This document shows, piece by piece, positions 12,024 through 24,363 of a stretch of DNA of 64,000 bases. The notes beneath the pieces were generated by a model. That model searched no databases, was not told the origin of the DNA, and saw only the letters and a program-made list of their open reading frames with translations. This DNA is from Octopus bimaculoides (Eukaryota): contig NC_068994.1 of assembly GCF_001194135.2 (NCBI RefSeq), positions 22,882,914-22,946,913 of the forward strand. Reading direction: 5' to 3'. A program made the position numbers and the translations under genes. The number at the start of each line of letters is the position of its first letter. The first letter of the stretch is position 1.

Positions 12024-13499
12024 GTACATGAAAGATAAGGTGTGTGTGTGTGTTTGTGAGTGAGTGAGTACCACTTGTACATTCATGCAAAAAAATACCT
12101 ACATGAGAACACACACCTTTACTCTCTCTCTCTCTCTTGCACATGCACACATGCCCATTTCATAAACACATACATACATCTTTCACTCTCTGCTTTCACT
12201 TCAAAGCAAATGTTGCCTTTTCCCTTTCTCCTCTCTTTCAATTTCTGCTCTCTTCAAAGCATAAAGAAATAAAAAAAATTTATGTAAATTAAGAAACAAT
12301 CATGATCCCATATGATTGAGTTGACAACTTTGCTGCTTCAAACGAAAGTATGCCATTAAATAACTTCTTTTGGCACACACACGCTCTAGGTAAAACTTCT
12401 GTATGAATTAAGATATTTCTTGCTGTGTGCACACGCAAAATTACAGCTCAAATCCAATTGAAATAACCTTTTTTTATTCTGTAATTTGTGTTTGTGATAA
12501 ACTGATCTTTGATATAAACTTAAAAGGAAGTTCTCCCAGAAATCTTGTCCTTTACTTGTTGTTTTAGAATGTCCAGGGTGACATTTGCACCCCTACCTTA
12601 TTTTTTTCCTAAAATTTCTTCTGATTCCTGTTTTCGATACAGGAGATTATGATTTCGCCCAAAAAACATGTTCTCAATATTTTGATTTTCTCCCTTGCCA
12701 TCCCAATTTNNNNNNNNNNNNNNNNNNNNNNNNNNNNNNNNNNNNNNNNNNNNNNNNNNNNNNNNNNNNNNNNNNNNNNNNNNNNNNNNNNNNNNNNNNN
12801 NNNNNNNNNNNNNNNNNNNNNNNNNNNNNNNNNNNNNNNNNNNNNNNNNNNNNNNNNNNNNNNNNNNNNNNNNNNNNNNNNNNNNNNNNNNNNNNNNNNN
12901 NNNNNNNNNNNNNNNNNNNNNNNNNNNNNNNNNNNNNNNNNNNNNNNNNNNNNNNNNNNNNNNNNNNNNNNNNNNNNNNNNNNNNNNNNNNNNNNNNNNN
13001 NNNNNNNNNNNNNNNNNNNNNNNNNNNNNNNNNNNNNNNNNNNNNNGTGAAACACTGGGAGATTTTAGCTTTTTGAAAGCTGGTAGGTGATGGGTGGGTG
13101 AGGTGGAGGAAGGGGCATTGAGTGTTTCTTCAAGAAAAATTAAACTTACAAAAAATATATATTTCCCAGATTCATAATCTCTTTATTTTTCTATGTGGAT
13201 TAAAAAAAAAATTCCAAAAAAGTTACAAATTAAAAAATTGCAGTGTAGATGGAGGGAAATTAACATTTTGAAAATGTGATTTCTGGGCAAAATTTCTTTA
13301 ACCTCCTTTTATACATTGAAACAATATATAGTTTGTGATCCTTCTTAAGAGCAGAAAGCACTTTCATGCAAATCGTACCCTCTACCCCTTCACATCTAAA
13401 CAAACAATAACTTCTATTATGCCAGTAATCCAGCTCACTATATATCAGCAGTGTCAATTCTGCCCGTAAGAAATGGACAAATAATACAATGTGGCTGTA

Positions 13500-13930
13500 G
13501 GTCATAACACCCGGGCAATGCTGGGATGCATTGCTAGTATATAAATAATAAGAGTGGCTTGTTCGCAATTTTATAATCAAAAGGTAGAAATATATACGTC
13601 ACTAAAGTGATTGAGATCACTAGTCAGCATGAGTATTGCTAAAAATAAGAGATAAAACACGTCCTAGTCACAAGAAGCACCTAATCTTAATGATTGACAA
13701 GGGAGGCAAGCTCCTTCAGCACCTAGGCTTAGCCATATTACAATGATTTCGTGCTTATATTAATGCTCATCAGTGACTCTCATCTAGCACCTTTGGTTAA
13801 ACTCAACTCGCCTTGTCAGTTTAAAAGATTATTGGAGAAATCACATGCTGGTTTCCTAAATGGCAAAAGTGAAAATTATAAATAATAAGGGTGGCTTGTT
13901 TGCAATTTTACAACTGAAAGGTAGAAAAAT
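13500..13930 (+). mobile_element. Possible non-autonomous Helitron 3' end and head-to-tail junction
   Basis: CCCGGGCAATGCTGGGATGCATTGCTAG|T (CTAG at 13534-13537), followed by TATATAAATAATAAGAGTGG; that ~50-bp head recurs at ~13880-13930. Confidence 0.45.
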
Positions 13931-14339
13931 AAAGTGATAGAGAACACTTGCGAACATGATATTGCTATAAATAAGAGTGGGATTTAAGGACTGTGTAAAG
14001 TCCTCATTAAAGGTCTGTAATATGCAGGAGACTGACTGGGAGAGCAATGCCTGTCATTGTCACAGACGGAGGAAGCAGGTAAGGAGGGGGTTGACACCTT
14101 TGAAAAAGTATGTATTCTTCATGAAGAATTTAAGTGTGCTGCTCAAAAGCACACTGCTAGCATAATTAATGGGGAAAGCTCATTTTGCAATGTTTGCTGT
14201 CGTGTATGCTTGTCAAGAGCAAGGCTCTTTAGCCACCAATGGAGCTGCAAATGCAAAATATAACTTAGTCCTAGAGTGCACAATGTTCCTAAAGGTCAGC
14301 AGTGGTCATCCTCGGTCACAAGTGGATGGCCATCATATA

Positions 14340-14382
<43 letters not shown>

Positions 14383-14597
14383 NNNNNNNNNNNNNNNNNN
14401 NNNNNNNNNNNNNNNNNNNNNNNNNNNNNNNNNNNNNNNNNNNNNNNNNNNNNNNNNNNNNNNNNNNNNNNNNNNNNNNNNNNNNNNNNNNNNNNNNNNN
14501 NNNNNNNNNNNNNNNNNNNNNNNNNNNNNNNNNNNNNNNNNNNNNNNNNNNNNNNNNNNNNNNNNNNNNNNNNNNNNNNNNNNNNNNNNNNNNNNNC

Positions 14598-14845
14598 TGG
14601 AAGAAGCCTGTTGTATATATATATAAAAATATATATATGTATTTCTGTCTGTGTTTGTCCCCCCCCCCATTGCTTGACAACTGATGTTCGTTTGTTTACA
14701 GCCCCATAGTATAGCAGTTCAGCAAAAGAGACCAGTAGAATAAGTCCTAGGCTTACAAAGAGTAAGTTCTGGGGTTGATTTGTTTGATTAAAGATGGTGC
14801 TCCAGCATGGCCTCAGTCAAATGACTGAAACGAATAAAAGAATAT
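14598..14845 (+). mobile_element. SINE family B, 3' part (5' part in gap)
   Basis: GAAGAAGCCTG...TGCTTGACAACTGATG...GGCTTACAAAG...GTGCTCCAGCATGGCC...GACTGAAAC. Confidence 0.85.
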
Positions 14846-14927
14846 TAATATATATATATATATATTAGACAAAATGAGATAACAAAGTAGTTTTCAGGAC
14901 ATTTATAAGGAAAAAGATATAGATATA

Positions 14928-14975
14928 GTCTTACAGCTGTTTCTGGGATATTATGGCTGTCCCTTCATCAGAGAT
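14928..14975 (-). ncRNA. Minimal hammerhead motif, family HHR-B
   Basis: Minus strand ATCT-CTGATGA-AGGGA...TCCCA-GAAA-C-AGCT-G-TA-AGAC; the downstream TTATAAATGTCCT...TTTGTT.TCTCATTTT is shared with the 61.6 and 62.8 kb copies. Confidence 0.7.
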
Positions 14976-15109
14976 GATGTGAAATGGTTAAATAAAGATA
15001 AATATTTGAGTATCTTATTAAGGGTATCTCAATCCGTATCTCTGACCTCTCTTCCAAATCTGCATGCACATACGTACATACATACATACATACATACATA
15101 CAAGCTGTC

Positions 15110-15400
15110 ACAGTATCTTTTCCTGTATACTGATGACATTGTCAGGATTTTCGATACTATGCAGTGGGATCCCATTCTGCTATTGGTGTAACTTTCAATA
15201 CGCAAGTTTGGTACAAGTTCTTCCAAAATTTTCCAGATGTATATCACTGCATATCTTTTCTGCCTTCATTCTAGGGAATAGAGTCTTAACTTTTTCAGTC
15301 TCTCCCAGTAGCTGATATGTTGCATTCAGATGATTTTCCTTGTGTAACTTCACTAGATTGCTTCAGGTTTCCTTAGCTATCAGCCACCTTGTACTAACAC
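15110..15400 (-). mobile_element. CR1/L2-group LINE ORF2 C-terminal fragment
   Basis: Minus-strand translation YTRKII*MQHISYWERLKKLRLYSLE*RQKRYAVIYIWKILEELVPN. Confidence 0.75.
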
Positions 15401-16150
15401 ACCGCAACAAAAATACTTTGGACCAAAATGTGTGGCAATCCTGTCAAACACAATGCAGTAACTGGGGACTGATATGAACAAGGGTGCATTGTTTCCTGTT
15501 CATATCACCAAAATGGTGGCAATGTGCAGGTGAATGGCAGGATGGATTCTGAAAACTTTCAGAACAAGGGACCAGGAAAATATGTTGGTCCTATGGAGGG
15601 CATTTGTTCTCAGCTTTCTAAACTATTGCTCTCACTTATGGTCACCTCCATAATTAATAGCAGAATTCAAGACTGTTCAGGTGTGCTACACCAAGAAGAT
15701 CTCATCAATGAAACATTTGAGGAGTTGGAAGAGACTGAAAGAATTACTACTCTACTCCTTGGAGCAAAGGCAGAAGAGATATGCAGTAATATACATATAA
15801 AAGATCCTAGAGGGGTTGGCACCAAACCTTGGCATCAAGAGTTATATCAGCTGCAAACAGGATGCCATTGTACTGTTCTTAAGGTCCCAACCATCCCATC
15901 TTGTGAAGGACCTTATACTACAATAACTTTGGATTCAAAGGCCCATAGCTTTTTAACATCTTGGCAAGAAACCCTAAGAGATCTACATGGAGTGGGGATA
16001 GATGTTTTCAAGAAGTACCTTGACCGTCTACTGTCTAAGATCCCAGATGAGCCTATATCATGGCAAGTAACTCAAATGAGAGCAGCAATATCAAATTCCC
16101 TTGCAATAGCCATTGAAATGGCGAAGATACACGTGGTGCCCCATTATAGC
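15400..16150 (+). mobile_element. CR1/L2-group LINE ORF2 3' remnant (frameshifted)
   Basis: WILKTFRTRDQENMLVLWRAFV..NYCSHLWSP, RLKELLLYSLEQRQKRYAVIYI, LRDLHGVGIDVFKKYLDRLLSKIPDEP. The 212-aa ORF-track call mixes frames of this remnant. Confidence 0.8.
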
Positions 16151-16203
16151 TACAGGTTCTAGGCTGAAACATGTAAAAGAATGAAAGAATATACACATAC
16201 AAA

Positions 16204-16243
<40 letters not shown>

Positions 16244-16381
16244 NNNNNNNNNNNNNNNNNNNNNNNNNNNNNNNNNNNNNNNNNNNNNNNNNNNNNNNNN
16301 NNNNNNNNNNNNNNNNNNNNNNNNNNNNNNNNNNNNNNNNNNNNNNNNNNNNNNNNNNNNNNNNNNNNNNNNNNNNNNNNN

Positions 16382-16436
<55 letters not shown>

Positions 16437-16530
16437 AAGCTTCGGTTGGCCCAAGGCTTTAGCAGAAGACACTTGCCCAAAGTGCCATGTAGCTGGGAAG
16501 CAAGCTTCCTAAACACACAGCCATAGGCCC
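16382..16530 (-). mobile_element. SINE family B 5' part
   Basis: Reverse complement has GGCACTTTGGGCAAGTGTCTTCTGCTAAAGCCTTGGGCCAACC. Confidence 0.7.
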
Positions 16531-16534
16531 CTAA

Positions 16535-17300
16535 TTTCCTCTGATAAGATGAAGAACTTATATAGGTTAGACACCATAGAATACAATAGGCTACTAGAAA
16601 ATAACATTACACAGACTTACAGATGCACCCCACCCTCTACATATAGGGACATCAACAGTGAAGCTAAAAAATTAGCTAACGAGTTAGAGATAGGTGACAG
16701 GGCAGAAATCCTAGCTAAAAGAAATGCTTTCATCACTATAAAAGACCACAAACCGGTCCAGTGAGCAAGCATATTTTGTGAGATATCAACAACACCATAA
16801 GAAGGGTCACCAATCTATCCTTGTGGTACAGCACCATCGAAGTGGCCACATGGTTTAATGCCAACAGGAGTAGATGCAGAGCAAGGTTCACCCAATTTGA
16901 TATAGTCGATTTTTATCTGTCTATATCAAAAGGATTACTGACCAATGCACTTTCTTTCACTAGGGGCTTCACTGATGTTAGCAACAGGGACATAGAAATC
17001 ATTATGCATGCCAGGAAGACAGTACTGTTCAACAAAGGTTCAGCATAGATCAAGCAATCCGACCCCATGGGCTCCTTTGATGTAGCAATGGCAGCCTACA
17101 ACAGTGCTGATGTGTGCAACCTTATAGGATTGTATATCCTGGATACCCTTAAGAAAAAGTTCCCCTCTGTTCTCTTTGACCTCTACAGGGATGATGCTCT
17201 GGCCATCTCTAGGGGAGCAAATGGCCACACACTACATAGGCTTAGGAAGGACTTACTCAACACACTTGGCTCTATGGGACTGAAGATCACCTATTCCACC
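16535..17300 (+). mobile_element. Penelope-like element reverse transcriptase remnant
   Basis: AFITIKDHKP, FTQFDIVDFYLSIS, FDVAMAAYNSADVCNLIGLYIL, LYRDDAL (RT motifs), with stops and an internal deletion. Confidence 0.85.
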
Positions 17301-17334
17301 AAGAACATCTCTCTCTATATATATTTATATGCTG

Positions 17335-17486
17335 GGGCACCACTTTGAAGAATTTTACTCAGACAAATCAACCTCAGTACTTATTTATTTTAAGCCTGGG
17401 CTCTTTTGCTGAACTGCTAAGTCATGGAGATGTAAACATGCCAACACCAATCATCAAGCGGTGGTGAGGGAACAAACAGACAGAAA

Positions 17487-17530
<44 letters not shown>
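17335..17530 (-). mobile_element. SINE family B 3' part
   Basis: TTTTGCTGAACTGCTAAGTCATGGAGATGTAAACA...ACAAACAGACAG(CA)n. Confidence 0.7.
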
Positions 17531-17531
<1 letters not shown>

Positions 17532-17539
17532 CACACGCA

Positions 17540-18620
17540 TATGTTGTACAGGAAGGCATCATACCCAATGTTTGGTGTAGCAGCATCATTGTCCACTATT
17601 ACAAGGGTGAAGGAGATGCCTTTGAAAGAAGTAGTTACATAGATATCAAGTTACTGGACCAGTTTATGAAAATCACTGAAAGTGTCAAAAGTTCATTTAA
17701 TTAGAGAGTGACTTAACCTAGATGAAATACAATCTGGTTTCATACCAGGGAGAAGTAGTACTGATGCTCTTTTTATAGTTCAGCAACTACAGAAGTAGTT
17801 AGCAAAAAGTAAACCACTGTATTTGACATTTGTTGACCTGGAGAGAGCCTTTGACAGGGTGCCTTGATCCCTCATCTAGCAGTAGCTAGGAATAGAAGAA
17901 TGGCTAGTGAGAGCTGTTCAAGCCATGTACAGGGATGCTGTTAGCAAAGTGAAGGTTAAAAATGAGTAGAGCTGTGAATTTAGTGCGCAGGTAGGAGTTC
18001 ATCAGTGTTGGTTATCAGTCCATTCTTATTTATGATAGTCCATAATCAAAGAATTTAAGACCAGTTGCCCATGGAAACTTCTCTATGCTGACGACCTTGT
18101 TATTATAGTTGAAAGTTAAGGTGGTGAGCTGGCAGAATTGTTAGCTGCCTTTACATTCTGAGTTCAAATTCTGCTGGGGTCAACTTTTCCTTTCACCTTC
18201 TCAGAGTTGAGAAAATAAGCACCAGTTGAACACTGAGTTGGATGTAATCGACTTACCCCCTCCCCCAAACCTGCTGACCTTCTGCCAAAATTTGAAATCA
18301 TTATAACTGAAAGTGTAATAGAATTAGAATTAAAATTCCCAGTATGGAAACAAAACCTGGGATCATAGGGTCTTAAGGTTAACTTAGCAAAGATTAAAAT
18401 TCTAATTAGCAGGGAAACAGACAGAACACTAAACTGTTTAGGTAAATGATCCAGTTCCATATGTAGACAAAGTGTTCATAGAAATTCCATATGGTGTGCT
18501 CAGTGCAAACTATGGACAAATAAGAGGTGCAGTGGAATCAAAGGAAGGTTAACAGAGAAAGTAGAATTTGTTTGTGGCAGATGTGAAGAAGCAATAAATG
18601 ATAAGAACACATGGGAAATA
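17540..18620 (+). mobile_element. RTE-clade LINE RT remnant, interrupted by a family A SINE (18118-18305)
   Basis: DEIQSGFIPGRSSTDALFIVQQLQ, LYLTFVDLERAFDRVP, LLYADDLVII; many stops. Confidence 0.85.
18118..18305 (+). mobile_element. SINE family A
   Basis: GGTGGTGAGCTGGCAGAATTGTTAG head; B-box GAGTTCAAATTC. Confidence 0.8.
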
Positions 18621-19689
18621 AATGTTCTGAAATCCCCAGGAGGCTTCCTAGATGTAGTAGATAGTTTCTGTTATCTAGACCTCATATCTTTTTCTTTCTC
18701 TCACTTTCCAGGTGAGCAAGCCATGGAATAACCTCTTTAACAAGACACCTGCTCCTCTCCGCCTATTATAGTTTCTTTCTTCAGAAATGTCAAATAAATT
18801 TCCAGTCTTTTGTTTTCTCTTCTCTGCACTCAAAGATTACTGAGGATGAGTTGACCTCAGAGACATTCTCCAGTCATGGAGGGGTTAGAAAAATAGTTCT
18901 GGAAAAATCTTTTGTTTCAGGTTGACCTATTTTAATTACCAGTGAAATGTTAAGCCTATCTCTTTGGTACCAGAGACTGATTTCTAGTCAAGAGTGATGT
19001 ACAAGAATAAACTTCTCACTCTATTTTTAAAAGCACTTTCACTCTGTCTCTCTCTCTCTCTTGCAGCACAAGGATAAAGCCAGCTCCCACTCAGAATGAA
19101 CAATGGACTCACAGAAAATATTTTACAGCATTTACAAATAATGTGTACACACAATGACACAACGGCATCGTTTATCTTATATTGTAACAGTTAATATCAT
19201 AATTCATATTATATAAATGGCCATCTTCATAATTAATTAATTGTTCTCCATTTATTCATTTCTGTGATACATCATTATTCACACTAAACTTAACTGTTTT
19301 TATATATATATATCCTCTGACCTCTGATAGAGGTCATCTAGATAAGAATGCAAATGTCCAATTCTATCTCATTATTATTATTATTATTATTGTTGTTGTT
19401 GTTGTTGTTGTTGTTATTCTTTCACACCAGCAGCCAGAGTGTTTGCTGTTTTGCGGTGCGCCTGTCCATCCCACCCCCACTACCTATACTGGAAGTCCTT
19501 ATCCTTTGACCTCTGTTGGATGTCTTTCCCCTGGACACCTCCAATGGCTTAAATGCTCCCCCATCTCTACTTAGTGTTTATCTCTTATGGAATGTAGTGA
19601 TTATGTAGCACATAAAATGATGGTGTAGTGTATGCAGGTTGAAGGCTATTGTATGTTTATGAGTTCTGCCAAATGCGAGCTTTCTTTTC

Positions 19690-21535
19690 AGGTACAGGAT
19701 GCTGCTGTCCCCCATTCCAGGGTCTTGGGGGCCTACACCCTCAGAGTTGGCTCACTTAATATTTGGTACATTGAAAGGTAGGTCTGGTGAGATTGTTGAG
19801 ATGCTTGTACGGAAATGTGTAGATTTGTACTGCATCCAAGAAGTTAGGTGGAGAGAAAGTTCTGCTAGGTTTCTTACAGGCAAAGAACATAGATATAACA
19901 CTTTTGGGGTAGGGAACACTGATGGGGTTGGGGGTGTGGGTATACTTCTTGTGGATAAATAGGTTGATAAGGTAATTGAGGTAGTCAGAGTCTGTGATAG
20001 AATACTTAAGATTAGATTAGTGCTGCAACATGAGTTAGCAACCATTATCTCGGCCTATGCCCCTCAGCCAGGGCTACCTGATGAATAGAAAGACCAATTT
20101 TATGAGACCCTCTTACAGACTACCTCGTCAATGAATGACAGGGACCTTCTCTTTGTGGCTGGCGACTTTAATGGGTGTGTTAGGCAACATGCAGGAGGCT
20201 TCCATGGTGTAGATGGTGGCTATGCATTTGGTTCCTGCAATAAGGAACCAGGCTGCTGGAGTTCTGTGATGCAAATGATCTTATGGTCTGTAATACTAAC
20301 TTCAGGAAACCTGCCAATCATCTGTTCACCTACAGGTCTGGTGGACACACTAGTTAGATTGACTACATCCTCACCAGGAAACAGGAAAAATGGCTACTTA
20401 TAAATGCCAAAACCTTCCCAAGTGAAGAATGTACACCACAACATAGATTAGTAGTTAGTGACTTCAGGATCAGGGCTAAATTGCTGCCCAGAAGACGACC
20501 AACATAGAGAAGAAGGGTCTGGAAGCTTAAGGATCCTGTGAATGGACAAAGATTTAGAGAAATATTACTTGAAGCCTTTGACGAAAAAGAGGAAGATATA
20601 GCATCACATAGTGTGGAAGACAACTGGAGGTTCCTATAGGACAACTTGTTGAGGGTTACTGACCAAATCTGTGGATGGTGCAAAGTCCCCTCTCAACCTA
20701 AGGTAACGTGGTGGAGGTTGACAAGGCCATTAAGGAAAAGAAACAGGCATGGAAAGACTGGAAGAACAGTGGTAGCAGGGAACAGTATCAGATCACCAGA
20801 AGGGAAACTAGGAGACAGGTTTATTTAGCTAGAGGGGAAGCAGATAAGAAAAAAATTTGCCAATGTTCTGCGTCACGAGGATCAAAGACTTGAAGTGTTT
20901 CGTGTTGCAAGACAGTGTGTGAAAGAGAATCGTGATGTCATAGGAGAGAAATGTGTCCACATGGATGATGGTTCATTTGCATTTAATGAGGTTGCAAAGA
21001 GAGAGATGTGGAGATGCCACTATGAAAGGTTGCTAGATGAAGAGAATGAATGGGAGAAAGAGAGTCTGCCGAATGTCGATCCAACAGAGGGACCAGCCAT
21101 CCAAATTGACAGTACTTTGGTAGATAAAGCAATTAGGGGTATGAAGACAGGGAAAGCCCCTGGCTCATCAGGAATCACTGCAGAGATGATTAAAATATCT
21201 GGCGGTGTCGGCTATAGTCTAGTCACCTATGTAGTCAATTGAGTGATACATGAAGTATCACTGATGTAGCAGCACCATAGTCAAGTGCTACAAAGGTAAA
21301 GGTGACCCATTACATATGAATAATTACAGAGGTATCAAGTTATTGGATCAAGTGATGAAAGTCATGGAGAGGGTCATAGCCCAACTAATTAGGGAAAGAG
21401 TTAGTTTAAATGAGATGTAGTTTTGGTTTGTGCCAGGGAGAAGCACTACTGGTGCTATATTTCTGGTAAGGCAACTTCAGGAGAAATACATAAATATAAA
21501 CCTCTGTACTTGGCTTTTGTTGACTTGTCTACCGT
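19690..21535 (+). mobile_element. RTE-clade LINE remnant (APE endonuclease to start of RT)
   Basis: TLRVGSLNIGTLKGRSGEIVEML...CIQEVRW, IISAYAPQPG, VAGDFNG, MKTGKAPGSSGITAEM, LYLAFVDL; stops and frameshifts. Confidence 0.9.
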
Positions 21536-21639
21536 TCGCTCTGAGGGAGAGACCCTTTATTGGGTTTTTAAGGTGTGATCTAAAATAAAGATATGATTTT
21601 CTTCATACATATTATTGATTATTATTATTATTATTATTC

Positions 21640-22016
21640 TTTTATTTGTTTCAGTCATATGACTGTAGCCATGCTGGAGCACCACCTTTAGTTGAACAAA
21701 CCGACCCCAGGACTTATTCTTTGTAAGCCTAATACTTATTCTGTCTGTCACTTTTGCTGAACCACAAGGTTACGGGGACGTAAACATACCAATATCAGTT
21801 GTCAAGTGATGGTGGGGGGACAAACACAGACACACACATATATATATATATATGACAGGCTCCTTTCAGTTTCCGTCTACTAAATCTACTCACAAGGCTT
21901 TGGTCAGCCCGAAGCTATAGTAGAAGACACTTGTCCAAGGTGCCACGCTGTGGGACTGAACCTGGGACCATGTGGTTGGTAAGCAAGCTACATACCACAC
22001 AGCCACTCCTGTGCCT
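21640..22016 (-). mobile_element. SINE family B, near full length
   Basis: Reverse complement runs GGCACAGGAGTGGCTGTGTGGTATGTAGCTTGC...GGTTCAGTCCCAC...GACTGAAACAAATAAAAGA. Confidence 0.9.
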
Positions 22017-22019
22017 ATG

Positions 22020-24313
22020 CAGCCCTACTAGAAAGTTTAGCAACACCTAGAGAATTTAATGTTTTTTTACATTTTTAAGTAAATTTACTATTTTTAATAA
22101 CTTGGTTTTTCTAAAATTTATATTCATTGCTTAGAAAAGGCAAAAATCATACCAAATATAAGCATTTCTCTTGACAGTCAAGTTAGCTTTCCCTTCAAAC
22201 CTTCAAATGCCAAAAAAAAAAAAAAAAAGTGGGGAAGAAGCATGAAATTCCATCAGAGAAGCGAACTCAGATTGAAATTTTGATAAAAATGGGTACGGTT
22301 TGTCTGTGCATCCATTAGCTATTTCAAGAACTCTGAAAAGAATGAAAGAAACAGGAAATTATTCAAGCCATGATTGGCCAGGTAGGCCAAGATTAACAAT
22401 ACCTCAAACTGATCATTCTATTCACTGCTATGGAAGAGCAAATCCTTTTTCCTCTGCAAGTGAGATACAAGCACAGTTACCAACAAATGATAACAATAAT
22501 AAACACCAAGTTTATCAACAATTAAAGATTGTTTGGTAAAAGATTTTAAGCTAAAAGCATACACCAGCAAAAGAAACCTCAATTGAGCAAGAAAAATATT
22601 CAAGATGAAATAAAATTTTGCAAGAGATATAAGCACTGGACACCAATTGAATGGAGCAAAATTATGCATACTGATGAAACATTAATTTCTTGATATTGTA
22701 GTTATCAGCCTTACGTAAGAAGACCAAAAGGTGAGCACATGAATGAAAGTTATACACCAAGAACTGCTTCTTTTGCAGTGACAGTTATGATGTGTAGGGC
22801 TCTTTCAGCCCGGGGTAGATGTGGATTACATTTTGTGCTCAGAGGATCAATATTAAAAGCAAAAGATTATCTAGATTTATGGTAGCTAGAAAATGCTCAA
22901 TCAAGTTCATAAGCTGACTATGAAGGAGTGATGTTAGAGGTGTGAAGTTTTGCATGCTTTTATTTCATCTCTTCTTATTAAAAACTGCATTGTTTCTTTC
23001 CAGCTAAACTGACACCTGACTGTTCAAAAACTTCAAAAGTAAGAAGTAACAATTTCTCTTCAAAATGGACAAAATTTGGTATCATGGTGTTATCTAGCAT
23101 CTGCAGAATAAGGCTTTAGGCCCCAAGGACATTCATGCTGACATGGTTGCTACATTGGAGGATGATGCTCTGGTTTTATCAACAGTGCAAAAGTGGGCAG
23201 CTGAATTTAGGAGGGAAGATGACCCATGGTCTGCACATCCTGCAACTGCCACCACCAAGGTAAACATTGATCATGTTCACGAATGAAAGGTGACTGACTA
23301 TAAATCAAATAACCAATGCTATAAGCATACTCCATGAAAGAGTTGAGAATATTATACACAATGCACTTGGCATGAAGGTTTCTGTTCAGTGGCTGCCATC
23401 AAAAGCACACCAGGATGACCTGATCATTGGAAAATTTGACATTGTTTGAGGCAGATCCAGCTGGTTTCCTAACCCAGGATGGGTTCATTACTTTGAGCTA
23501 GAGACAAAGAGACAATCCATGTGGTGGAAACACCTCTCTTCATCTGCTCTGAAGAAGGCCAAGGTCATTTCATCTGCAGGTAAGGTAATGGCCCATTTTT
23601 GGGGGATGCAAAAGGCATTGTGCTTATTGACTATCTTCAAAAGGGTCCCACCATCAATGGAGAGTACTACACCAACTTGCTGAGGCAGTTATGAAAGGCT
23701 ATCAAGACCAAATGCCCAGGAAAACTGATGAAAGGGTCTTGTTTCATCAGGACAATGCTCCAGCACACAAGTCCTAGCTTTTAATGGCTGCTGTACATGA
23801 CTGTGGTTTTGAACTGGCTGATCACACTCCCTATTCTCCTGATATGGCCCCATCTGACTATCAGCTGTTCCTCAACATGAAAAAACACTTAGCTCAGAAC
23901 CAGTATTGCATTGATGAGAACATCATATCTGCTGTTGATATCTTTCTTTACCAACAGGATGAAAACTTCTTCATCCATGGGATCCAAGCACTGCAACACC
24001 GATGGAAGAAGTGTATGGACCGTAAGGAGGACTTGAAAAATAAACTTCGTTTGGTCACATTTCATGAGAGTACCTTGGTCAGCCAGTCAACTTTTCAGTT
24101 GACCCTCATAACAGCAGAATATTGCCAGAAGTTTGTGGAATCTATGCAATAAGAACAAAAGCATGTCTAAAAGCAAATGGTTCATATACTAAGTATTAAA
24201 TGTCCATTTATTTATAATTTATTACTTAAAATATTCATTTTAAACAATAAAGCATTTTTTTTCATTGATTAAAGAAAATTTTCCTACTATTGCTAAACTT
24301 CCTGGCAGGACTG
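22020..24313 (+). mobile_element. Decayed Tc1-like transposon hosting a nested mariner
   Basis: TIRs CAGCCCTACTAGAAAGTTTAGCAA / TTGCTAAACTTCCTGGCAGGACTG|TA. N-terminal WPGRPRLT and WSKIMHTDET; C-terminal EYCQKFVESM...KANGSYTKY resumes after 24110. Confidence 0.8.
22895..24108 (+). mobile_element. Decayed mariner (DD34D) transposon
   Basis: DIHADMVATL...STVQKWAAEFRR, FHQDNAPAH, HTPYSPDMAPSDYQLF; right TIR ...AACTTTTCAGTTGACCCTCA|TA. Confidence 0.9.
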
Positions 24314-24325
24314 TATAAATGTGTG

Positions 24326-24363
<38 letters not shown>

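Noticed and set aside
13740-13780. Hammerhead-like CTGATGA...GAAA on the minus strand
   Set aside because: Stem I does not pair (GUCA versus AUAU) and stems II and III are poor.
15524-16162. 212-aa ORF as a host gene
   Set aside because: A frameshift mosaic of a decayed CR1-type LINE.
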